From Paramoeba atlantica (lineage: Eukaryota; Protista; Discosea), in NCBI GenBank assembly GCA_977017575.1, contig CDRNVI010000034.1, positions 186,001 through 250,000 on the forward strand: a DNA stretch of 64,000 bases. Direction: 5' to 3'. Both the position numbers and the translations under genes were made by a program. The notes beneath the pieces are model-generated. The model did no database searches, was not told the origin of the DNA, and saw only the letters and a program-made list of their open reading frames with translations. Shown piece after piece: positions 54,554 through 64,000 of this stretch. Position 1 is the first letter of the stretch; each line of letters starts with the position of its first letter.

Positions 54554-56503
54554 TTACAAAAGTAAATCCTTCAAAGCACATGGAGTAAAACCAGAGCGTT
54601 TATCATGCACATCTCGCACATGAACACTGTGGCGTATAATGCACACCTCCTTTGTGGTTCCCCAAAAGTAAGTGGTCTTGTCGTACACGGATTTGGGTAC
54701 TTGAGAAAAGGGAATGCCATAGCCCAATGCCAGCATCCGCAAGCACTGCACTATTCGACCTGAGACCAACGCATTGTAAAAGCTTATCGAACAAAGTTCC
54801 TCGGAAGAAGTATCCGCGGAAGGCGTTTTCATGGACGATTTCGCATTGTCCTCGCAAAGATCACGAATACGGCTGCTAATTTGAGTGAGCGCATCCTTAC
54901 TTACTGTACTTTCAAACTTCTCATCCGTAGATGAGGCAAGAGTTTTCTCACGCGCTCGTTTCTGAAATTCGTGTATGACACTGCGTACTGTTTGAGTTAC
55001 GATTGGATCCAAGCAGAATTCGTCATTCTGGCAAAATGCTTTTGCAATTTCGGAAAAAAGTGTCCAGAGAATTTTCACATTCGGAAAAGACATTTCGCGT
55101 ATGAGCACATAGTAAACTGGAAGGAAAACAGATTTCAGATGTAGTATTCGTGTGTTCCGAGGCAGGAAACTGAGGAACTCGACGTAATTCAGCGCGAGAA
55201 TATCAAAATTAGAGGACATAGATCCGATCTCCGACTGTAAGACACTGATAAACCATTCTGGATTCTGACTTTGTGTAATAAGACGCTGCAGCAGCGAGCT
55301 TGAAAATTTATAAAGAATGCTACAGGATGCTGGAGCTATATCCTCACCGGAGGAGTCATTGTTGCTGTCGAGGTCATTTTCGATTTGTAGTTCGGAGAGC
55401 TTGGTAAGGGCATTCGGACAGAGGAAGTTCCTTATTGACAAGTATTTCCAGGAAGAATTGTTGAAAACTTTAGGGTGAGATAAAGAGTGGCATAAAAAGT
55501 CGTACATTTTTTCAGTTATACCGCTGCGGTGCAATTGTTCACAAGTGTCCCCGCTATATGCCAACCAAGGAATTATCATGTGTGCAAGAGAAAGAGGAGG
55601 ATATATTGGCAATAAGTCGCACAAATTCGTCGCTTCGGATCTCTCCTTCACTTTTTGATAAATTCTCCACAACTCTGGAATTATGACATGTTGAAACAGT
55701 GCCTGGACATGCCCTCTTGTGAGAAGTCTTTCCCAAAGCCGGAGCTCGTTGGCCGCTTGTTCGGCGGAACGAAACCCGTGCAAAGAAACATCCTCAGAGT
55801 AGAAATTTTTGGATTTACTTTTCTTGGCACACCTCCCACATAGGAACGCATGGAGATCACAATTTTGTGGTTGAAAAAAATTGTGAAGTGCTTGTCGTAG
55901 CCACGGCATAATATGTGAAGCCATTGCACTAGAAATAGAATCCTCGTTGTTGTTCTCTCCCATCAAATTTATAGACGTCGCGAACTCATATAGTGCTTGA
56001 CAAGGTAAGGGCGGGTGAAACAAGCACACGGAACGACCATTGTACTCAACAACAAAGTCAGTTGTCGTGCGGGTGTCTACTATTTTCGCAGAGCTCGATC
56101 GGAGTAAAGCCGGCTTCCAGGAAAGTTCGAGTACACGGGACAAAAGCACGCATGCCACATCGCGATAACTTAATTCCCCACCCGATAGCGGATACCTTTC
56201 TCTTACTCTGGTGAGAGCTAGGGCTACCGTCCTCAAAATGTTTCCACAGTTTGATTCCACCTCGATCCAATAGGTATCAGACACAGGACGCGTAGCAAGT
56301 TTTCCGAGAGACTGGATGACTTGACCGTAGATGGTGTCTGTCGCGTGCAGCGCGGCCCTTAGGCTGAGTAGCGTTGTAACGTCATGCAACACTGCTGATT
56401 CCCTATCTTCCCGTAGTAGAAAATCACAAAAACTATCCTGAAGGTCTATTTCTTGGGACTCCCTGTCAGGTTGAATTGCTGCAGGATCTTCTCGCATCGA
56501 CAT
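54554..56503 (-). CDS. Hypothetical protein, weak resemblance to TFIP11/GCFC helical domain
   Basis: 649 aa ATG ORF; W-x2-LL, IIPELW and IIPWL motifs recall GCFC domain; no G-patch seen. Confidence 0.6.
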   Translation of the reverse strand: MSMREDPAAIQPDRESQEIDLQDSFCDFLLREDRESAVLHDVTTLLSLRAALHATDTIYGQVIQSLGKLATRPVSDTYWIEVESNCGNILRTVALALTRVRERYPLSGGELSYRDVACVLLSRVLELSWKPALLRSSSAKIVDTRTTTDFVVEYNGRSVCLFHPPLPCQALYEFATSINLMGENNNEDSISSAMASHIMPWLRQALHNFFQPQNCDLHAFLCGRCAKKSKSKNFYSEDVSLHGFRSAEQAANELRLWERLLTRGHVQALFQHVIIPELWRIYQKVKERSEATNLCDLLPIYPPLSLAHMIIPWLAYSGDTCEQLHRSGITEKMYDFLCHSLSHPKVFNNSSWKYLSIRNFLCPNALTKLSELQIENDLDSNNDSSGEDIAPASCSILYKFSSSLLQRLITQSQNPEWFISVLQSEIGSMSSNFDILALNYVEFLSFLPRNTRILHLKSVFLPVYYVLIREMSFPNVKILWTLFSEIAKAFCQNDEFCLDPIVTQTVRSVIHEFQKRAREKTLASSTDEKFESTVSKDALTQISSRIRDLCEDNAKSSMKTPSADTSSEELCSISFYNALVSGRIVQCLRMLALGYGIPFSQVPKSVYDKTTYFWGTTKEVCIIRHSVHVRDVHDKRSGFTPCALKDLLL

Positions 56504-56780
56504 GCAAGTATCAACCCAATGGCTTGCGAGGGTAGCGCATCAAACCATATGCATGTGTTCAAAAGTTAATTGCAAAAAAAACGGACACCGTAAAAATATT
56601 CGAAATATCAGATGACAGAACGTGTGAAAGCTAAAAATAACGAATGCCAGAAAGTACTGTGACTGATTTTATATCTAAGAGCTCAAAAAAGGCTCCCCAA
56701 TTAGTGATTTTTCAAGACACGTATCTTCTTGAAACAGGAACCTAACAAGATGAAATCAACCCAATATGGCTTCCCTTCTC

Positions 56781-57608
56781 CTAAATCTCATCAATATTCA
56801 GCTCCCCTATATTCGGAAGCGGCGGCATACTGCGTTGGGCGGGAATCACCTCCCCTGGGCGCGTCGCACTCCCACGCCCACCCACCTTCCCCGCCCCACT
56901 CGCTTCAGTTTCCTCCCCTGTCTTCCTCTCCCGCCCACGTTCCTTCGCGAGCCTCGTCTTGAACGTGTCCTGTCGTTTCCTCATCGTCTTCCCCGAGTGC
57001 CGGTCATACTTTGTGTACACCGGGACATCAGGCTCCAGACTCTCCTCCGAGTGTCCTGAATCACTCCCCTCCCCCCCTTCCCCACTCCCCGATCCCCCCT
57101 CCCCTTCGGACTCCATACCCTCCGAATCGGATGAGATCTCCCACCCCTCATTGGGCACCGGCGTCCCCTCCCCCCCCGCCCCCGCCCCCCTGGTGAACCG
57201 GACATTCCCCGCGCTCTCCTCCGCCTCCTCGACCATCCCCCCGCGCCCCACCACGGACCACCGGGAGGTGTCCGGGATGTGCCCCAGGCGCTGCAGCTCG
57301 GCGGCCTCCTCGGAGGTGTAGCGCAGCAGGACGTCGACGACGGGGGAGCCGGTCTGGAACGCGCGGGCCCCGCACAGCACGACGTTGCCGAGGTTGATCC
57401 ACATCCGGCGCACGATCTTGCCCCGGATCACCCCGAGGAGGTCGAGCCCGGAGAAGAGGTGGACGCGGACCCGGTTGCACCCCAGCATGGCGGTGCAGAT
57501 GCCGTACTCCTGGCCCTCCTCGCGCAGGATGAGCTCCTTTTTGACGTTTTGGTTTTTGCTGCTGCCTTTTTTGCGGTTCTTGCCGCCCATCCCGGTGTTT
57601 TTCGGCAT
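56781..57608 (-). CDS. EIF1A: Translation initiation factor eIF1A with long acidic/Gly C-terminal extension
   Basis: MPKNTGMGGKNRKKG, EEGQEYG, MLGCNRV, IRGK..RRMWI..G..VL, YT.EE...L. Confidence 0.92.
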   Translation of the reverse strand: MPKNTGMGGKNRKKGSSKNQNVKKELILREEGQEYGICTAMLGCNRVRVHLFSGLDLLGVIRGKIVRRMWINLGNVVLCGARAFQTGSPVVDVLLRYTSEEAAELQRLGHIPDTSRWSVVGRGGMVEEAEESAGNVRFTRGAGAGGEGTPVPNEGWEISSDSEGMESEGEGGSGSGEGGEGSDSGHSEESLEPDVPVYTKYDRHSGKTMRKRQDTFKTRLAKERGRERKTGEETEASGAGKVGGRGSATRPGEVIPAQRSMPPLPNIGELNIDEI

Positions 57609-57812
57609 GGGGCGGGGGAGAGGGAGATGAAAAGAAAAAGAAAAGGAGAATGAGATAAATAAAAGGAATGAGGTAAATAAAAGGAGAATAAAATAAATGA
57701 AAGGAGAATAAAAGCCACGTTGATGAGCGCTCAGGCCCGTGTGATGGTGGCCAGGATGTCCGACGAGGACTCCAACCCACCTCTAGTCCTGAACTAGAGG
57801 CCTGGTGTACTA

Positions 57813-57930
57813 TAGAGTGGTTTTTAGAGTGGTTTTTTTAGAGGGGTTTTTTAGAGTGGTTTTTTAGAGTGGTTTTTTAGAGGGGTTTTTTAGAGTGGGG
57901 TTTTAGAGTGGTTTTTTAGAGGGGTTTTTA
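57813..57930 (+). repeat. Telomere-like minisatellite TAGAG(T/G)GG(T)4-7 x9
   Basis: Nine ~13 bp units, variant order GTGG,GTGG,GGGG repeated three times. Confidence 0.9.
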
Positions 57931-58153
57931 AAAAAAGGAGAAAAGGGAGAGGCGTGGAGAAGAGGGTGGGGTAGAGAAGAGACTTCGGGTAGGGGAAATA
58001 GAGTAGAGTGAACAAAAAAAGGCCTGCTGGTGTTCATAAACCCCCGTGCAATTTAGGGTATACTATTTTGGTATACAGACTCATTAGTGTACAAATTGGT
58101 GCACACCCGAATTTGATCACCTTGAGATTAGAAAATTTACTGGACATTTGGTG

Positions 58154-59872
58154 TTACATCCGAATTCGTACGGATATTTTGTCTTCGCTCAATGTAAAGT
58201 GTTCGGGATGAGATTGTAGGAAGTGACAGACCCCACCTTTCATTCTGCGAAGGACCGTGCGTGCATCACTCGGTAGTTGCACACCGATCTCAGAGACATT
58301 CATTGGAAGGAGGGGTTGACCTAAGAACAGTTTTCGAAGCTCTTGAAGCAGGACATCGTCATTGAAATACGGATTTTCTACCGTAGCGCTCGGGCTCGCA
58401 TTGTCGTCCTCGGTGGCTCGACGTACAAGATACTCTTTTTCAAAAGTACTTTTTTCTTGCACATAACGCATGTTTTCCGTGACAACGACACGGTCGGGAA
58501 ATTTCTGGAACCACTTTGCAAAACATACTGCATTAAGACCCTTCGTAACGTGGTGATACGCGGCTCTCTGTTCATCACTAATATTTTCCAATACGGCTTC
58601 CAGTAGACCTTTTAAAGGGACGCACATACCCTGTTCTGGTAGTTTCAGAAAAACCTTCTCCATTAAATTTTGATTCCAATAATCGAATTCCTCGACGCTC
58701 ATTGACACTTCCTTATCTCGTGCTTCCTCCAAATCTCTAAACTCTGTAAAATCAGGTGTAGCACATGCTTGGTTAGCATATTCGCGGGCGATTTTATTTT
58801 CATTACTGTTAAACCTCTGTTGAAACTCCGTCTGGATAAGCGTCGTATAGGGTGCGAAGCTGCAAGGGGGACATATCTCGGGATGTTTTTCACGCATGCG
58901 ACTTCGTATTCGGGGATGTTTCGAGTCTTCCATATTCATTTCAAACGCCTTAGGATATAGGAATGCAATGGTAGGTAAACGAAACGGTGCGGTATGTAGC
59001 CACGTCTTGCATGACGGAAATAAAAAAGTTTTACACGCGAAGGAAACAGGAACAAAGTGTGCTGGTAACCCACAAGCCAATAAAACAATAAATTCTCGAG
59101 ACAACCCCAAGTGCTCGCCATCCGCAGGAGGAAGCTCTGTCGAGGAACAGCTTGGAATTCTTTTAATGTATATGACTTGGTGAACCGGCATGAAGCCTAT
59201 ACGACAATCCTTGCAAAGAAAAACATATAATTTTCTTACAGGGGTTTTCTCCCATAATGCTTTCATCTCCGGAGCTAACTTCTTGACCAATGTCTCAAGC
59301 TGCACAAAATGGTTCGGAGCAAGCAGAAGCAAAGCAGATGCCAGACGTTTAGTTAACATCACACATTCCGTATCCCCAATATTAAACACATCCCCGGCGA
59401 TAGCTTCAAAGTCTTTTCGCAGTAAGAAGGCCACCTTGGTGGGATTCCACTGCACCGTGTAATGCTCTGCAAGTGTATCATCACTTTGTATGGTTGTCAA
59501 GACTTCGCATGGAGGTCGGTTGTAGTAGAGATATGAAAAGCAATCAAGCCGCGCCCATCCCTGTTTTGGGACATATAGCTCAAGAAAACGCTTCAAATCA
59601 CCTGGTGAGGGTAGAAAATTTCCGTTAGCGTCTACTCGACGTCGCACCTTTGTGCCGTCACGGCTCAGTTGAAACCCAGCGGGATATTCTTTCAAAAAAT
59701 TTTGTATTGACCCAAACGAGACGTCCAGCACGCCTTGCACTCTCTTAGGCAACTTCATCTGTATGGTAGAGACGGTAGATACTGAGTGGTAGGGAACGTT
59801 TTTAGCAATGCTATAGGCAATCTCATGAGGCAAGGTAATAGGAGAATGAAACCGTCGCTGTGAACGCATCAT
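58154..59872 (-). CDS. Tandem paralog 1: putative winged-helix/LOTUS-like repeat protein, mitochondrial presequence-like
   Basis: Aligns along its length with 60263-61990; repeated F-x2-F-L-x3-P-x2-F motif; first ATG at 59872. Confidence 0.75.
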   Translation of the reverse strand: MMRSQRRFHSPITLPHEIAYSIAKNVPYHSVSTVSTIQMKLPKRVQGVLDVSFGSIQNFLKEYPAGFQLSRDGTKVRRRVDANGNFLPSPGDLKRFLELYVPKQGWARLDCFSYLYYNRPPCEVLTTIQSDDTLAEHYTVQWNPTKVAFLLRKDFEAIAGDVFNIGDTECVMLTKRLASALLLLAPNHFVQLETLVKKLAPEMKALWEKTPVRKLYVFLCKDCRIGFMPVHQVIYIKRIPSCSSTELPPADGEHLGLSREFIVLLACGLPAHFVPVSFACKTFLFPSCKTWLHTAPFRLPTIAFLYPKAFEMNMEDSKHPRIRSRMREKHPEICPPCSFAPYTTLIQTEFQQRFNSNENKIAREYANQACATPDFTEFRDLEEARDKEVSMSVEEFDYWNQNLMEKVFLKLPEQGMCVPLKGLLEAVLENISDEQRAAYHHVTKGLNAVCFAKWFQKFPDRVVVTENMRYVQEKSTFEKEYLVRRATEDDNASPSATVENPYFNDDVLLQELRKLFLGQPLLPMNVSEIGVQLPSDARTVLRRMKGGVCHFLQSHPEHFTLSEDKISVRIRM

Positions 59873-60262
59873 TCTGTTCAACAGGACTCACATGTGAAAA
59901 GGGGTGCAACACTTATTCGAATATTTTAGAGAACTACAAGATTCCCTTTTCGAAGTAGAGTCCATAAACAACGCAAGTACATGTATGCCCGATGTTTAGC
60001 TATTTCTGTGAGGAAACGTCACGGTCCCAATTCGAGCACATGTCAAGGAAGAAGGAACGAAGAAAACTTTTTTAAGATTTCATAGGGTGGACCACTACAC
60101 TAGAAGTACATACACTAGAAGGGGAGGACTGGGAGGGTAAACACACTACATTCCATAAGGTATGTGTTATGATCAGCATAGCTACAGTATGACATAGCTA
60201 TGAACGTCATAGTTATGTTTTTCTAGAATCGTATTGTTGAAAAAGCTTTCCTGTTACCTAAA

Positions 60263-61990
60263 CTACTGTACTTGATGGGATTCTTTTTTTAGATAAACTA
60301 GATGTGATTCACTATCATAAATAAAGTGATCTGATTGCGACTGAATAAATTTCAAAACACCCCCGGCAGATCTCCGAAGTGCTGTCTGCGTTGCACGAGG
60401 CAAAGTGTTATGTATGTTGTATATGGAAATCGGTATTTTAGGACTAACAAGGAATAATTTACGAATCTCATTGAGTGAAGCATCTTCAGTGTAGTAAATA
60501 TTCTGCTTCTGAGACGTGTCATGTACCGCATCATCATCAGTGGCACGCCGCACAAGATAATCTTTCTCGTACCTTCGGTACTTGTCACAATATTGTATGC
60601 GTTCCTCCATAAAGAATTTACGAGGATTCTTTCGCAAAAGGCAAAAGAAGGATTCTCCATGTATAACTCCGGCTCGAAAGCGAAAATTCGGAGATCTTTC
60701 GACAGCTGAATTGAGGAACATGTGATACAAATCCCACGATGCAATGCTCTCCCCACTGTCCGGAAGTAACTCCCATATTATGTTGATCGCTTCTGCGCGA
60801 TCAGCTGTATCTGCTTTTTGTGTGTCAGGCTTCCATTTCGTTATATCTTTAAATACTTTCAAACACGTGTCGGAGCAAACGGTTTCAGCAAAAGATTTTG
60901 CCTGACAGTTTTCCGGAAGGTTCAGTCGCCGAAAAAATTCCTCTTCGACACCTTCCCCATAGGGTGATTCATCACTGGGAGGACAAATTTCAGGGTGAGT
61001 TGTTCTCAAAAGACTTCGAACAAGATATGACGTTCCGAACAAACCAGTGCAGCATTTTTTGTCGAAGGCGCGTGGGAACAAAGAAACAATAGTAGAGAGA
61101 CGAAATTCGCAGGATTTCAGCCACGCTTTTACAGACGGAAATATATATTTATCTGCAACCTGTACAGCCACGAAGTTGTCTGGAAGGCTGCAGGCCAAAG
61201 ACAACACCATTTTTAAAGGAACGAAATATTCACTGTATTGCTCTGTGCAGCATGGAATATCCCTAACCTCGGGACGACGACGTACAAAGACTTCGCCGGT
61301 AGGTAGAAAAGTGGATATTTGAAATTTATCAAGGAAAGGATAGAAAAACCTGGGAGGATCTGCTTTAATTGTTCGCTGTACTTCAGCAGGGAGCCTCTTC
61401 TTCACCGCATAAAGGCTAACGAAATAATCTGGAATAAGTGACTCCATGATGTTGGAAGCAAATTTAGACATTAAAACCAAATTACTCGAGCCTATGGGAT
61501 AAACTCCCTGGGCACGTTCCGTAAAACTACGTCGTGCTAAGAATGATGTTTTTAACACATCCCATTCGACCACGTATGCCTCGGATAAGGCATCGCTGCT
61601 TTGTATTCCAGATACCACGTAGCTGGGTTTTTGGTCATGGTATATTGAACAAAACTTGTCAAGACGGATCCATCCGTCTTCTGGAACGTACTGCTCCAAA
61701 AATTTCTCCAGGTCACCTGGTTGAGGAGTGCGACTGCCGTCTCCATCTAAACGAAGCCGAATATGACACTCATCTCGACTAAGTTGAAAAGCGGCGGGGT
61801 GTTTTTTCACGTAAGAAGCTAAACTATTACCATATTCTTCGCTAAGTAGAGTTTTGATTTCGTTCTTCATTTTTGCATGTAGTCCCTGCACTGAGTCCTT
61901 TTTTGACCGGCGTAGAAAATACACTAAGACACATGCAATTTCACAAGACATTAAACGCTCCGGGGCTAATCTCACTAAAGACCTCCACAT
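60263..61990 (-). CDS. Tandem paralog 2: putative winged-helix/LOTUS-like repeat protein
   Basis: 575 aa; shares HPEICPP, EKxYLVRRATxDD, GGVxxFxQS..HF with paralog 1. Confidence 0.75.
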   Translation of the reverse strand: MWRSLVRLAPERLMSCEIACVLVYFLRRSKKDSVQGLHAKMKNEIKTLLSEEYGNSLASYVKKHPAAFQLSRDECHIRLRLDGDGSRTPQPGDLEKFLEQYVPEDGWIRLDKFCSIYHDQKPSYVVSGIQSSDALSEAYVVEWDVLKTSFLARRSFTERAQGVYPIGSSNLVLMSKFASNIMESLIPDYFVSLYAVKKRLPAEVQRTIKADPPRFFYPFLDKFQISTFLPTGEVFVRRRPEVRDIPCCTEQYSEYFVPLKMVLSLACSLPDNFVAVQVADKYIFPSVKAWLKSCEFRLSTIVSLFPRAFDKKCCTGLFGTSYLVRSLLRTTHPEICPPSDESPYGEGVEEEFFRRLNLPENCQAKSFAETVCSDTCLKVFKDITKWKPDTQKADTADRAEAINIIWELLPDSGESIASWDLYHMFLNSAVERSPNFRFRAGVIHGESFFCLLRKNPRKFFMEERIQYCDKYRRYEKDYLVRRATDDDAVHDTSQKQNIYYTEDASLNEIRKLFLVSPKIPISIYNIHNTLPRATQTALRRSAGGVLKFIQSQSDHFIYDSESHLVYLKKESHQVQ

Positions 61991-62444
61991 TGAAAGGTAG
62001 AGTAAGTATGAATTGTCGCATGCGGCTCTACTTTATAAAATTAGATACACTGTCATACTGCTCTCACTTCAATAAATCTTTTCAACTCATGAAAAAGTAT
62101 CACATTTTTTTGCTATCACTTTATTACTGTATATCAGATGCTATTGCTCCTTATAAACCTGATTGTACTACGCTTCCCACGATGAAGAAGCCAGTTGCAA
62201 GTGGTGGCCCTTCCAATGCAAAGTAGCGTTCTCAAGTTTTACATACAGACATCGAAAATCCCCCAGGTGTTGGAGGAACCCTTACACTCATTAGAAAGAA
62301 TTTAGAATCATTGCGTAAATTTGTTAAACAAAGATGCACAATAGAGGTTGTTCAACGCAATATTGAAACTATTTCTTCGAAAACAAAGTCCCTTGCACCT
62401 TCTTCTATTTTGTGTGTGTACTCTCAACAAAGAGTAATCAAGCG

Positions 62445-64000
62445 TTACGATTCCTTTAGATAAATTAGTGCCGAATCGCTTCCATGTGGTTCCATTCGAA
62501 ACACTTTCGGATGGTTCGCGATGAACTTACGCCATCCGCCCATAAAGCGAAGGGCTCTCCGCGCCTGACTCGGTAACATAAATAGAATGCCTGTAGGAGA
62601 TTTTCCATTGCGGTCATTTTTGAGAAATGTTTCTCGAATGGCCTGAATGAGGGCCTCTGACGTGAGGTATGGGTTCTGTTGCCCTTGGCGATGCGATGTC
62701 TCTGCAGGACTCTGCTGCGCCGCCTTACTAACTATCCAGTCGTATGCACGACCCATTTGCACCTCCTCTACATGGAGTCGCTCTGGAAAACGTTTAACAA
62801 ACTTCAGTAGTGAATTTCTATGTTTCAGTGTGATAGTGTTCTTGATCTTACGATATCGATCAGCGGGAACGAAGTCACGAAGACGAATCATTAAATCATA
62901 CAATCGTATAGGATCATGGGACTCATTAAGAACAAGATCTAGAGCATCCAATATTTCACTTGGTTCTAGTACGGGAGCATCTTTGCTAATCACAACGTCG
63001 TCTTTCCTTACCAAACGAAATATTTTCCTTTGAAATAACTTGTCAGAAGGTTCGGAAACAAGTTCATTAAGCTCTTTAATTGTCTCCGGGCTCTGTTTCA
63101 TCAGTTTTGCCTCAAACTCAGCTTCCGCTTCTAAAGTAAATGCCTGTTCGGTAGATGGCGCTAAATGTGGATACTTCATTCGCAGCGCTGAGCTGACTTT
63201 ACCATACGGTTCTATATTAATCGCCTTGGGATACATTTGGGCGAGATCGGAAAGAGAAAATGCTGCACATTTTGCACCCCATTTCATTACGGAAGGAAAT
63301 ACAGCGCCCTGGGCGTAGAGAACCGAGACCGGCGTGGTAGGGAGTGAGAACGCGAGCTTTAGCATGAGCTTTGGGTGTAAGTCGTAGGCCTCATAGATGG
63401 GCCACTTGTTTTCTTCTTCTTCAACCGAGCGCGTGGCGCCCCACTTCCGTACGTACGGGGGATCATTACGAAGGCAAGCCATTTCTAGCACTTCATCACA
63501 AAACCCTAGAGCCTGAGATACATTTACGGAATTGTGCCACCTGTGCTCATCTAAATTGGCATCCATTTTCCCTTGTCGAAGTAGCATAGGAAACGGAACC
63601 CAAAAATTGGGCGCAAAGCTCTTGATGATTTTAAGAAGTGTCGGTGCCTTAATGCAAGTTGAGTTATCACCCAGCGAAACTCTCCCCCCAGTCGATTCCC
63701 AAAACTTCTTGCGTATAATGTATTCCTTCTCGCTATTGGAGCATGCTTTTTGAAGATCAAAAATTTCAGCACAAGATGGGTCGTTTGATAGGTGTGAAAT
63801 CACGTAAGACTTTCGCAATTTAGGGTGTAGTAATCTGCAAAAATCTTCAATTAGTAGGAATCCGAATTTCGGCACAAATCTTTTCAATGCTTCACTTAAC
63901 TGGGAGGACGAAGGAATGTGTTCGCGCACCTTCAAACGAACTATGGTTTCATCCCGATTCAAAAGAAACAATTCGGGGTAACGTTTAACAAATTTTATCA
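62445..64000 (-). CDS. Tandem paralog 3 (5' end outside window)
   Basis: Frame stays open to window end (IKFVKRYPELFLLNRD); shares YPHLAPS, NPYLTSEALIQAIRETFL, GGWRKFIANHPKVF. Confidence 0.72.
   Translation of the reverse strand, partial: IKFVKRYPELFLLNRDETIVRLKVREHIPSSSQLSEALKRFVPKFGFLLIEDFCRLLHPKLRKSYVISHLSNDPSCAEIFDLQKACSNSEKEYIIRKKFWESTGGRVSLGDNSTCIKAPTLLKIIKSFAPNFWVPFPMLLRQGKMDANLDEHRWHNSVNVSQALGFCDEVLEMACLRNDPPYVRKWGATRSVEEEENKWPIYEAYDLHPKLMLKLAFSLPTTPVSVLYAQGAVFPSVMKWGAKCAAFSLSDLAQMYPKAINIEPYGKVSSALRMKYPHLAPSTEQAFTLEAEAEFEAKLMKQSPETIKELNELVSEPSDKLFQRKIFRLVRKDDVVISKDAPVLEPSEILDALDLVLNESHDPIRLYDLMIRLRDFVPADRYRKIKNTITLKHRNSLLKFVKRFPERLHVEEVQMGRAYDWIVSKAAQQSPAETSHRQGQQNPYLTSEALIQAIRETFLKNDRNGKSPTGILFMLPSQARRALRFMGGWRKFIANHPKVFRMEPHGSDSALIYLKES

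Noticed and set aside
1-64000. tRNA, rRNA, SL RNA genes and CRISPR arrays
   Set aside because: No cloverleaf/T-loop consensus, rRNA-like tract, SL exon or repeat-spacer array recognised; periodic repeats seen are TIR subrepeats or minisatellites
1-64000. Non-standard genetic code or stop readthrough
   Set aside because: Conserved genes translate uninterrupted with the standard code and end at TAA, TAG or TGA; in-frame stops occur only in degraded TE relics

Overview
Eukaryotic protist genomic DNA, most likely a kinetoplastid and plausibly a Perkinsela-like prokinetoplastid (inference). Evidence: all ~24 host genes are intronless and lie on the minus strand (one polycistronic cluster) with polypyrimidine tracts before many starts, and the window has a trypanothione/glutathionylspermidine synthetase, a divergent PIF1-like protein, and CRE/SLACS-like and TATE/VIPER-like retroelement relics. 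Host genes: Derlin, a minimal ATP-dependent DNA ligase, SPO11, COX5B-like, SAMTOR/BMT2-like, a SAM methyltransferase, PIF1-like, mPGES2-like GST/glutaredoxin, amidase-less TryS/GspS, HisRS, frataxin, AlaRS, eIF1A, six dispersed paralogous LRR genes, two small membrane microproteins and a tandem triplet of ~575-aa putative winged-helix/LOTUS-like repeat proteins. Intergenic space is full of DNA-transposon material (Tc1, pogo, hAT-like, Merlin, many TA-flanked MITEs), densest at 24.1-37.5 kb. The most striking unexplained pattern is a set of ~1 kb GC-rich islands centred on housekeeping genes. Each flips sharply from C-rich to G-rich, strongly enough to reshape the encoded proteins. All assignments come from motif recognition by eye; no searches were run.
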